Below are positions 9,250 to 19,682 of a stretch of DNA of 64,000 nucleotides, one piece after another. The notes beneath the pieces are model-generated. The model saw only the letters and a list, made by a program, of their open reading frames with translations. It ran no database searches and was not told where the DNA came from. The translations under genes were made by a program, and so were the position numbers. Numbering within the stretch: the stretch's first letter is position 1; every line of letters starts with the position of its first letter. The stretch is from Histomonas meleagridis 2922-C6/04-290x (Eukaryota; Protista; Parabasalia): contig JAANOX010000241.1 in NCBI GenBank assembly GCA_020184695.1, positions 310,001 through 374,000 of the forward strand, given 5' to 3'.

Positions 9250-11267
9250 ATGATATCATTAGAGAAACAAAACTCACAAATGACACCAAATCAAGACCAA
9301 GATGAATGGGAAACATTACTATCAATTAAAAATATAATTTTTGAATTGAATGAAGAAAATATCATTGAATCAGCTAATTCAATAATTAAAATATTTAATA
9401 ATAATTTCCCATACTCACTAAATCTAATAATTTGTCAAATGATATATATAGTAATCACTATAAAAAATTATAAGGCTGATATATATTTGGATTTTATGAA
9501 GGAAATTGAAACGTTTGAAGAGGACAATAAAATCGATTCAAAAATTTTTTCTGTATTCACAGATTTTCTACTTCCGGAAAACAGTCCTAAATCAAATTAT
9601 TTTATTGAAAACATGATTGAACGTAATATTCTTGATCCAAAAATTATTCAAAATGTTTACAGCCCCTATTTTATACATCTTCTATCAGATGAAACAATTA
9701 AAGAAATGGAAGGAGATTTTTATTTCGAAAAAATTATGGAAAACTACGAAGAGCTATCAAAGAATGATTGGGAACTTCATAAGAAATTTATCCATGAAAT
9801 GGTTAATCCCAATGAAATTGCAAAAATAATCCGAAATGATGAAATAGAAAAACTTCAAGAAATATCATCACAACCAAATTTTGATTTTAATCAAAGAATT
9901 GAACCATCAATTTATGAAATAAATTCATTTATTAACAAATCTGATGTTACACTTGTTAACTATGCAGCATTTTTTGGATCAATTAAATGTTTTAAATTCT
10001 TAGTAATTAATGGTTCGGATATAACACACACAGGTTCATATGCAATTTTAGGAGGAAATCTTGAAATTATTCATTTATGTATGCAAAGTCATTCATCATT
10101 CAATAGTGCGTATTTTCGCACAATTGAATTTCATAAAAATGATATGTTCCATTATCTTTATGAAAAAAAAAAAAACATATGAAATACAAAAATTAAAATA
10201 TATTGGGGAAACATGTATTTTATTTCATAATTATGATATTTTAACATTTTTAATTGAAAAAGGAATGAAAATTAATGATATTGCATCATTACTTGTTCGA
10301 AATATATTTTTGTTTAAATATTTTACTAAAAAATATCAAATTCCAAGTCATGCTTTTTTTCCATGTACATCGAGTAATTATGAAATTGTTAAATATATTT
10401 TAGAACAAAAAGGAATTGATATCAATGCTAAAGATATTTATTAGTTTTATTTCATATTTATAATAGTATTTTAATATTTTGAAATAATATTTGGGAATTA
10501 TTCAGAATATTTCAAACAGAACTTATTATTGCATCTTCACTTGACTTTACAGAAATCGTTAAATTACTTCTTGAACAAGAAGGAATTGATTTTAATGCGA
10601 AAGATATTTATTTGTTTTATTTAAAATTTATTTTAATAATTTAATATTTCAAAATAATATTTGGAAATTATTTAAATTATTTTATACAGCACTTATTTGG
10701 GCATCTACAAACGGTTACATAGAAACTGTTAAATTACTTCTTGAACAAGAAGGAATTGATTTTAATGCTAAAGATATTTATTTGTTTTATTTAATATTTA
10801 TTTTAATAATTTGGTATTTCAAAATAATATTTGGAAATTATTTAAATTATTTTGGACAGCACTTATGAAAGCATCTTGGAATGGTCATACAGAAATCGTT
10901 AAATTACTTCTTGAACAAAAAGATATTGATATTAATGCTAAAGATATTTATTTGTTTTATTTATAATTTATTTTAATAATTTTCTATTTCAAAATAATAT
11001 TTGGAAATTATTTAAATTATTTTGGACAGCACTTATGAAAGCATCTTGGAATGGTCATACAGAAATCGTTAAATTACTTCTTGAACAAAAAGATATTGAT
11101 ATTAATGCTAAAGATATTTATTTGTTTTATTTATAATTTATTTTAATAATTTTCTATTTCAAAATAATATTTGGAAATTATTTGAATTATTTAAAACAGC
11201 ACTTATTTTTGCATCTAAAAATGGTCATATAGAAATAGTTAAACTTCTGGAAATAACTAAATTATGA
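9250..11267 (+). CDS. DUF3447-ankyrin repeat gene A, interrupted by five 80-nt non-canonical spacers
   Basis: N-terminal DUF3447-like region (IIRNDEIEKLQEI, YAAFFGSIKCFKFL, AILGGNLEIIHLC) with a frameshift in an A-run near 10165. Ankyrin modules at 10516-10605, 10686-10775, 10856-10945, 11026-11115 and terminal 11196-11267 (TALIFASKNGHIEIVKLLEITKL*). Confidence 0.75.
10436..11195 (+). repeat. 170-bp periodic array: 80-nt spacer + 90-nt ankyrin module (5 spacers)
   Basis: Spacers at 10436-10515, 10606-10685, 10776-10855, 10946-11025 and 11116-11195; each counted as 80 nt. Confidence 0.95.
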
Positions 11268-11393
11268 ACAGGTGAGAATTGTCATAAGCAATAACATTAA
11301 TAAGCAACTTTATAATTCTTATATTTTTATAAAAGTTAAACATTAATCATGAAAATGTTTTAAAACACAAAAAGTATTATTCCTTACATTTAA

Positions 11394-12500
11394 CTATAAC
11401 TTTGAGCATTCTATCATAGGGCATTTCATATTAATTATTTCAGGTCCATTTTCATCATATTCTTTTCTTGTAATTAACATTTGCTTAAATTCTTCAGCTG
11501 CTCCTTTACATGTTATATGTTGTTTTTTTGGCGGTAAACTGATTTTAACGTTCGCTGATGGCGCCAAATCCGAAATTTCTTTCTCGAGTCGCTCAGGGAA
11601 ACCTTTTAACAGTGTCATTTCTCCTGAGATGACAATGTTTGAAAATAGTTCGTTTTTGTTTTCGATGTTACTTTTCATGATGGTTTCATATATAGTCTTA
11701 GGGATACTATCGGATTTAATTCCGTTTAGTTCGGGTTTAAAGAGAAGTTCAGGTGCTGTAAAAACCTGATCCGAAAATGTATTCATTGATTCATCGGGAT
11801 ATTCAATTTGAATATCATATTGATGAGAAGAATACTTTTGAAGCACAGATTCATAATCATAAGCAAAATAAAACTATTTGTTTTTGATGTCGTTAAGAAA
11901 TGTTCATAGAATTTTGAGAAATAAAATAAATCGTTCATTTTAACAAGATTTTTGAAATAATCAAAAATGCTTTGGCTGGAAAGCTTTTTGTTTATAATAA
12001 GGCTGGATGGTTGACCTTTGTGTATCAATGTAAAACAACTGAAATCATTATTATCAAAAACAAGCCCTGTACTACTGTTAGTGGCATAAATTGGAAGTAC
12101 ACCTTGAGAGTGAGTAAAAAATGATGGTGTGTTAAACGTTTCAAAAATAATTTGGATAAGTTTTTCTCTGTTATCCTTCGAATTTCCAGGAGCTTCTGTA
12201 ACAAATACTGGTTGTTCGGATGGATTGGAATTTATTTTGCCGAACGAAAAATTAAGAATTTTTCAAAATCACCCCAATTATTAATATACCCATCTTGAAT
12301 TGGACGATGAAATATGCACACTCCAGCTTTATCTATGGCATCCTTTCCAAAGTAATAAACAGGATCATGTTTTTTTAAAAAATCAAATTTTGCATATCCA
12401 AATAATGTTGGAATTAATTTTGGGGTTTCGCTACTAGCGTATCCAGCTTGTGTCGTACTTGTTTTCATATCAATAACTATTGTATTGCCTTCTTCCTTTT
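11394..12500 (-). pseudogene. Divergent actin-like gene broken by several frameshifts (pseudogene or homopolymer errors)
   Basis: EEGNTIVID...AGYA, PIQDGYINNWGDFEK, EQPVFVTEAPGNSKDNREKLIQIIFETFNTPSF, APELLFKP, NIVISGEMTLLKGFPERLEKEISDLAP, ITRKEYDENGPEII. These fall in different frames and the breaks are near T/A runs. Confidence 0.8.
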
Positions 12501-12767
12501 AGAAACAAATATTACAACAATAATTTTTAGAGGAAAATGAATTTATTGCAATCATTAATGTCAGAAATAATTTGATTAATGTTCTGAATCCATTTCACTT
12601 TCAGGTGGTTGCATAAGTACCATCATTAATATATAAAATTTGTATTATTTTTTAACATTTTATTTCACGCAAACGAAAATTAAAATATTTTACAAATTAT
12701 TTGTAACATCTAATCGTTTACAAAAAACAATATCAAAACCATATAAAAATATTTACAAATTTTATTT

Positions 12768-15700
12768 TCATTCTTCTTCTTCATCATTCCAACTCATTGT
12801 ATTATCTTCTGTATAAAGACTATAATCATACAGTATATCTAACACGGCTGCCACTGACCACGCTTGATTATCACATGCGTCAAAACATTTTTCGCCATTT
12901 TTTTGTGTTAATTCGGGCAAACCATTTGCGTACGAATTAAACAATTCTTTTTTAATATTTAATAACATTTTTTTCATTTTCACTGTTAATCCTCTTCTAA
13001 ATCTCATTGAAGCTCTAAAGAAATACCCAATTGGCCAAATCCATTCCGGTCCATTATGATAATTAAATCCATTACTAGTTTCGAAATTTTCGTTTTCTTC
13101 GGAGTTAACATAATAAGGGTTATATCTCTCATCATTCGGATCAAGTGTTTTCATTCCGATTTTACCCATTAATCTCTTTTCGATTAAATCTAAACAATTT
13201 ATAGCATGCAAAGGATCGAAAAGCTCAGGCGCCACAGTCATAGCTATACAAATATTCGGTCTAAATGAATAATCAAACGATTCATTATTTGAACCTATTA
13301 CATCCTTATAAACGCCGCGAACTTTAATTAATTCGGGGTTAAGGTAATATTTGTCATCATTTTTAGTGTTCTTTGGTATATAAAACCATTTTTCGAAGTT
13401 ATTGATTAAAAGTTTTGACCAATCTGACCATGAATAAAACTTATTTTCTACATTTATACCATTATATTTAAAGATCCCATTATTATAACTTTCATTTAAC
13501 CAACGTAAAGTTGATTGTAAAAGTCCAATGATTTCAATGTCAGCACCTTCACGAGAAGTTGAAGGAATACCGAAATTTTTGGCCATTTTACTTGAACCCA
13601 TTTTATCCATCCAAGTACCACAGTTATAATTATTACCTCCAAGTATAAAACCAGTTTTCCAATTCGTTACAATATCAATATTAAAACCTTTCGGACTCAT
13701 TAAAGAATCGATTTTTGCTCCTGAATTCCATTCTTTAAAATGTATTCCATTTCCATGTGAATTCATAATCTCTTGAATAATATCATACATATAAACAATT
13801 GGTCGATAATTCTTATTATTATATTCATTATTATAATCAAAGATATCATCACAAGGAAATAATTTGGGTATTCGCCATAGGAAAACATTTTCGCCTGTAA
13901 ATGTTTCATAATCTTGTAATGATTGTAAGAAAAACCATGTAGCATCACGTGAATTATAACGTGGATTAATACCTTCGCCATATAAATTAGGTATTAATCC
14001 ATGACGTAAACATGAAGCAAATGATATTAATTGATCTTTCGCTTCATTAAATCTTCCAGTAATTAAAAAGATTCCTCTTAATGATATAAATGTATCTCTT
14101 CCCCAAGTTCGCATAAAACCTGTAGAGAAATGTGGTAAACCTGCAGCTAATGTTGAATCTGTTCTTGTTATAAGATTTTTAAATAATGATAAATATTTCG
14201 GATGAATTAATTGTGAATCTTTTATAGGTGAATAAAAACTAATTGATGTAATCGATAATGCCTTAATAAAGTCATCACCATTTTGTATAAATTTTGATAA
14301 TTTTGTTATGATAATATCACGTGATGAATTATTTAATGCTCGTATAATTCGTTCGAAATATTTCGGATAATAAAAACGTGGTAAACTTTTTAATATTTCC
14401 AATTTTTTGCGTAATATTGTTTCAATCGGTATCAAATGCGATGATTGTAATAATCGATCACAAGTATAATCCATTAGCCAATCTCCTTCACGGATATTAT
14501 TAAAGACAGAATTATTCATTCCTGTGTTAGACTCACTTGCAAATTTAAATGTTGTCTCTAATCCGATTGTACCTACATAAAAAGGTTTTCCAAAGTTTGG
14601 AAAATCATATGAATCTTTACCATTTGTAACTTTTTCTTCTTCTGCACAACGGAATAAAAGAATTGTAAAATCGATTAAATTTAATGTTTTTAATTTTGCT
14701 TTAAATTCTTTATATAATTTGGAATATTCGAATGTTTGTAATAAGTTATTTATATCATTTGATAATTTAGTCTTAAATATTATTACTGTTTCACCTTCGA
14801 AATTTATAAATTTTAATTCTTTGTTTTTAATTACACAACTTTTAATTTTATTTATATCTTTATTTATATATATTTCACATTCGCTTGGTTTAATATTTTC
14901 ATTTTTATTATCAGTAAATTGTTTAATTTTAAGAATTTTTCCTTCGAAAACTAATGAATTAATATTGGCAATTAAAGGAATTGATTTTATGTTTAATTTA
15001 TTCTTTCCAATATTAATTAAAGCCCAAACTCCTTCTGAAGTTTTAGAATTATATCTATAAATAGATAAAAGATTTTCATCATAAACATTACAATAAATTT
15101 CATTCAAATTATTTAATGCCATTTCAACATGTAAATTATTCAGAATTTTTCGAAATGGTTGAAAAGCAATTAAATTATTTGTTATAGGATATTTTCTTAA
15201 TTCAGAAACAACATTTGGAACAAAAGGTAATAATTCATCATAACCTCGATTAGTAGCTATAGGTGAACAAGACATTGATATCATTGAAGTTATTATTAAA
15301 GGATTAAAATTAGGCGGTTCATTATCATGTGTTATATCGAATATAATTCCAGGAATTTGTTTTAAAGGTCGAATTATATTTGAGTTTTCTAAATTATCAA
15401 GTTCAGCTATTTGCTTACCACCTGATTGATATAACAAATATATTAAATCTTTAGGTGATCTTTTACCACCTTCACGTAGAATAGAATTAATACCAATTTC
15501 ATTTATATATTTAATATCTTCGACTTCATTTGAAGTAAATAATTCAGCCATTACATAAATATTCGGGTTAATTTTTTGAGCTTTCTTTATCATATATTTT
15601 AATACATTTAATGACGTAGAATGTGCATTATCTATACGTATAGCATGCGCTATTTCAGATATAGATTGTACATATTTAGTCATATAATCCCAAAGAAATG

Positions 15701-17162
15701 GATTATCTTCTTTTTTATTTCCATATTTTAATTTAACATTATCGCCCCAAATATTAACTTTCCGACGTATATAATATTCTTTATTTTCAAGTATGAAATC
15801 TTCTGTTGGATCATTAGAATATATCCATCCATTATTAGCAAAGATTATCATTCCTTTATTCGTTTGGATCTCGGAAAAATATCGATTACAAATTGGTGTA
15901 TTTCGTGTTACAGGTCCAAGTTTTGGTCCATCTTTAGAAAATCGATTATAAATAAATTCATTTGTAACATTTTCCACAATTTCATTAACAATTGATTCGA
16001 AATGTCTTAAATAAGGCTCATTAATTATATTAATAGCTGATATAAATTCGTCCAAATTTTTAGTATTAATTTCTGATGTTTGCTTATAAAGTGCTGTTGC
16101 ATAATTCATGTCAATTCGTATTGAACCTATTTGATATGTTTTTGTGTCGATTATACCTTTTTCACGGAATAATGAAAGTTTTCGTGCCGCATCCCAATTA
16201 ATTGAACGCATTCTCATCATTTCAAATTCTTTAGGTAAATCATCATAATTAGAATTTAATAATTGATCAATTGATTCATCGATATCAATTGTCAAATATT
16301 TCTTTAAATCGCTTTTTAAAAAGTTTTGACGCAAAAATTGTCGGAATTTTTCAATGTCTTTTTCTTGGAAATTTGGTGGTAAACCTTTGACTTCATTATT
16401 AGCAATCATTAATGATAATTCAACAAGTTTATGATCAACATAATACGCAGGGCGTAAATGTGGTGTGTTATCAAGATTATATCCGCATTCGGGATGTGAC
16501 TTAAGAAATTTAGATAATGGATTCGTATGGTTTAATAAAACATCACACATAAAAACAATTCCGAGTTCAGATTCAATCTGTTTAAGTGTAGATTTAAATT
16601 GCGGCCAACGTTCGTTTTCAGGAAAGTCTGGTGGAAATAATTGACTGGAAACTTGAAGTTGATTTTTAATGGAATAATGTGAAAGACGTCCAAGTTCTTG
16701 AAATGGTGGTAAATGAATCATATTGTAACCAAGCTCTGAAATAGGTTTAAGGTTGCTAATCCATTCGAAAATTAATCCAATGCATCTTCCATAATTTGTT
16801 TGAATATTAAGTCCACTTATTGGAATTTCTTTCCCATTAATAGTTATAATGGGGTTTACAAGGAAATGGACTTTATCTGTTTTTTCATCATTTAGAATAA
16901 AATGAAATTCATAAATACCTGGTGTTGTTGCTTCAATTTGAAATATCATATCTTCGAATTCTGAATATTCTGTGGTAGGTTTGGGTGTTTTATTTGTGCC
17001 TTCTTCATCAGTTGGCTGCTCAAGCACCATTATTGTATTTTGTGAATGAAATGATGAATCAACAGGAAGGACAATATTAATATCATAGCCTGGTTTGGGT
17101 ATTTGTAAAATGCCTAAATTTGTTGAACAATTGGAATTAAGTTGAATTTTTAGGCATTCCAT
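12768..17162 (-). CDS. AGL: Glycogen debranching enzyme (4-alpha-glucanotransferase/amylo-1,6-glucosidase)
   Basis: GYNMIHLPP, DVLLNHT, IRIDNAHST, AELFT, DITHDN, AAGLPHFSTGFMRTWGRDTFISLRG, TWMDKMG and YHNGPEWIW; 1464 aa. Confidence 0.96.
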   Translation of the reverse strand: MECLKIQLNSNCSTNLGILQIPKPGYDINIVLPVDSSFHSQNTIMVLEQPTDEEGTNKTPKPTTEYSEFEDMIFQIEATTPGIYEFHFILNDEKTDKVHFLVNPIITINGKEIPISGLNIQTNYGRCIGLIFEWISNLKPISELGYNMIHLPPFQELGRLSHYSIKNQLQVSSQLFPPDFPENERWPQFKSTLKQIESELGIVFMCDVLLNHTNPLSKFLKSHPECGYNLDNTPHLRPAYYVDHKLVELSLMIANNEVKGLPPNFQEKDIEKFRQFLRQNFLKSDLKKYLTIDIDESIDQLLNSNYDDLPKEFEMMRMRSINWDAARKLSLFREKGIIDTKTYQIGSIRIDMNYATALYKQTSEINTKNLDEFISAINIINEPYLRHFESIVNEIVENVTNEFIYNRFSKDGPKLGPVTRNTPICNRYFSEIQTNKGMIIFANNGWIYSNDPTEDFILENKEYYIRRKVNIWGDNVKLKYGNKKEDNPFLWDYMTKYVQSISEIAHAIRIDNAHSTSLNVLKYMIKKAQKINPNIYVMAELFTSNEVEDIKYINEIGINSILREGGKRSPKDLIYLLYQSGGKQIAELDNLENSNIIRPLKQIPGIIFDITHDNEPPNFNPLIITSMISMSCSPIATNRGYDELLPFVPNVVSELRKYPITNNLIAFQPFRKILNNLHVEMALNNLNEIYCNVYDENLLSIYRYNSKTSEGVWALINIGKNKLNIKSIPLIANINSLVFEGKILKIKQFTDNKNENIKPSECEIYINKDINKIKSCVIKNKELKFINFEGETVIIFKTKLSNDINNLLQTFEYSKLYKEFKAKLKTLNLIDFTILLFRCAEEEKVTNGKDSYDFPNFGKPFYVGTIGLETTFKFASESNTGMNNSVFNNIREGDWLMDYTCDRLLQSSHLIPIETILRKKLEILKSLPRFYYPKYFERIIRALNNSSRDIIITKLSKFIQNGDDFIKALSITSISFYSPIKDSQLIHPKYLSLFKNLITRTDSTLAAGLPHFSTGFMRTWGRDTFISLRGIFLITGRFNEAKDQLISFASCLRHGLIPNLYGEGINPRYNSRDATWFFLQSLQDYETFTGENVFLWRIPKLFPCDDIFDYNNEYNNKNYRPIVYMYDIIQEIMNSHGNGIHFKEWNSGAKIDSLMSPKGFNIDIVTNWKTGFILGGNNYNCGTWMDKMGSSKMAKNFGIPSTSREGADIEIIGLLQSTLRWLNESYNNGIFKYNGINVENKFYSWSDWSKLLINNFEKWFYIPKNTKNDDKYYLNPELIKVRGVYKDVIGSNNESFDYSFRPNICIAMTVAPELFDPLHAINCLDLIEKRLMGKIGMKTLDPNDERYNPYYVNSEENENFETSNGFNYHNGPEWIWPIGYFFRASMRFRRGLTVKMKKMLLNIKKELFNSYANGLPELTQKNGEKCFDACDNQAWSVAAVLDILYDYSLYTEDNTMSWNDEEEE

Positions 17163-17367
17163 TTTTTTTGAATAAAAACACGATCATTTTTAACTGAATT
17201 TTTTTGAGGGGTGATTGTCACTTTTTCCAATAAACGGATTTTAAACATACAGTTAAAAATTTCTTCCACTATCTGCTCAATAAAAATTTATTAGTTTGCA
17301 ATTTATAATTAGAATTTTCTATCACGCAATTAATTGAAAAAAATAAAAATAAGAAAAAACTAGTTTT

Positions 17368-19299
17368 TTATGCAATGAAGCACTTCTCTTTTGTCGAAAT
17401 TTTCTTTACATCTTCAAGCATTTGGATAATTTCATTGTTATTGTTTTTCTTTAATATTGCAATTACTTTTCTATCAACAACAGTTTCCTTCCTTTTCAAT
17501 AATATTTTCATTACTTCAGTGTTATTTTTTAATGCTGCGTGCATAAGAGCTGTTCGAAGAAAGAAAAATAAATTCTAAATATTATTATAAAACATCAAAA
17601 TATAAAATTAAACAGTAAACAAAAAGAAAAAATATCTTTATGATTTATATCAATTCCTGCATCTATAAGATATTCAACAACATTAATACTATAACCTTTT
17701 CTAATTGCTTCCATTAAAGAATTTCGAAATAATTTAAGTCAACTTTAAAAAACAAATTAAAACGAAAAATTATTCAAGCAAACGAAAAATAAATTTAATA
17801 AATATCAACAGCATTAATATTAGCTCCATTTTCAACAAGTAATTTTACTATTTCTAAATGATCTTGAGAAGCTGCAAGCATAAGTGGTGTATTAAATATT
17901 AAAAATAAACAGAAAATATACAAAATAAAACATATTCCCCACCTTCAATTTTTATGTCTTTTCTTTGAAGAAGTAATTTCACAATTTCTACAAAACCTCT
18001 TTCTGCTGCTTCTGTAAGTGCCGTTCTACTCATTAAATTATTAATAAACAAAATTACAAAAATAAACCGGAAGCAAAATTAAAAAACATTAGTTGCATTA
18101 ATATCAATTGAGAAGTCTTCATCTTTATCAAGAATATATTTAACAAGCTCATAATTACCAGATTTACTTGCATGATATAACATCAATCTTGGAAATTGTT
18201 TCGGAGATTCTTCTATTAAACATCTTACAAGATCAAGGTTTCCACTCGAGGCAGCTTCATATAGAAAATATTGATCATTTTTATTTATTTTCTCATTTTC
18301 CATTAAATAAGAAAGGATTCTAAAGTTATTATGTCTAGCACATTTCCTAACTATTGTACTTATTTCAATTTCAAATTTTTCATTTTCAAAAAGATATACA
18401 AATATATCATACCGATGAAATTTAATTGCTGTAGTAAAAGGATTATTAAAATGACATTTATAATTTTTTGAATTCAAACAATCCTCAAAAATAGTTTGAT
18501 TTCCTCCAGCAATTGCAAAATTTCCAGTTTCACGATAAATCTCTCCTCCTTTTGACTTTAAATATTTATAACAATCAACCGAACCAAAATATGCACAACA
18601 TTCTAATAATGTTGGCTCATTTTTATTTAGATATGAACATTTTTCATAAAGTGATTTTGGTATTCTTTTATATGGTTGATAATTACCTAAAACATTTATA
18701 AGTTTGTCAACATTATCATTTCGAATAGCATCAATTAATTCGGATGTGTTTTCACCTTTATGAACATATTCTTTATGAAGTGCAAAATCATCACTAAGTA
18801 ATTTCACATAATCATTAGAAATTTCAAATTTATGATATTCCTTTGCATTTAAAATATCTGGAATATCACTATAGTGTATGAAATATGTTCTCTTTGGAAA
18901 AAGTTTTTTAACGAAGTCTGGTTGAATCATTTTCCTTTCAACCATTTGCTCAAGAAGATAACTAGAAGTATTCGTTAGAGGTTCATTTTTATTAAAGTCA
19001 ATATTTAATAAGAATTGGGCAAATGTGTCTATAATGCTTAACTTATCATTATTACAAGAAAGTGCTTCAATGAAATCTAAAATAATATTCGTTGGATTTG
19101 AATAATTTGAAATAAAATACTCAAGTAAAAAACGACTGATCAAAAGATTAAATGAAAGAGGAAAATTGGGATTGGAATATTTTATTATTTCGGATACTGC
19201 ATCTTGTATATTATTTTCATTCAAACTAAAGATAATTTTTTCAATTGATTTGAAGTCACTAATTAATTTACTTAAATTTGGGGTTTCTTGCATTTGCAT
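17368..19299 (-). CDS. DUF3447-ankyrin repeat gene B, interrupted by four non-canonical spacers (63, 44, 80, 80 nt)
   Basis: DUF3447-like ORF (AIRNDNVDKL, CAYFGSVDCYKYL, AIAGGNQTIF). Ankyrin modules at 18024-17935, 17890-17804, 17723-17634 and terminal 17553-17368 (TALMHAALKNNTEVMKILL...CFIA*). First ATG at 19299. Confidence 0.75.
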
Positions 19300-19682
19300 A
19301 ACGTTGTTTTGGAGCACCCCCAAACAATTGCTCACAGAATTATCGATTTTTTTGTTGGCGTTAAAATGAGGTTAATAACTTTTTTATAAATTATCTGGTC
19401 ATATGCCTTCTTATATAAATTTTTCGGAAAGAAATTGGCTTTATTATAAAACAAATATAATCAATTCTAAACCAGCACATGAATTATGTATTACTGTTTA
19501 TTATTATCTGATAAAATGAAAAATATTTAATTGAAACAGCTTTACTAAAAGAATGTATCGTTCGGTCGCTTGGAAAGATTCATAAACGTCTCTCGCCGAT
19601 CAAATGTCATGTTTTTGTGTGCAAATAATAATGTCATTAACCTTCTTGATTCAAATTTTATCCAAATTTTCCGATAAAAGAG

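Noticed and set aside
10444-10689. Canonical GT-AG splicing of the spacers (GT at spacer positions 9-10 in 16 of 25; AG inside ACAGCA)
   Set aside because: Joining this GT to the AG in ACA-GCA shifts the frame. Nine spacers lack the GT, and there is no ACTAAC-type branch site.
10436-11195. Alternative genetic code or stop read-through as the explanation for the spacers
   Set aside because: 80 nt shifts the frame whatever the stop codons mean, and housekeeping genes here end normally at TAA, TAG or TGA.
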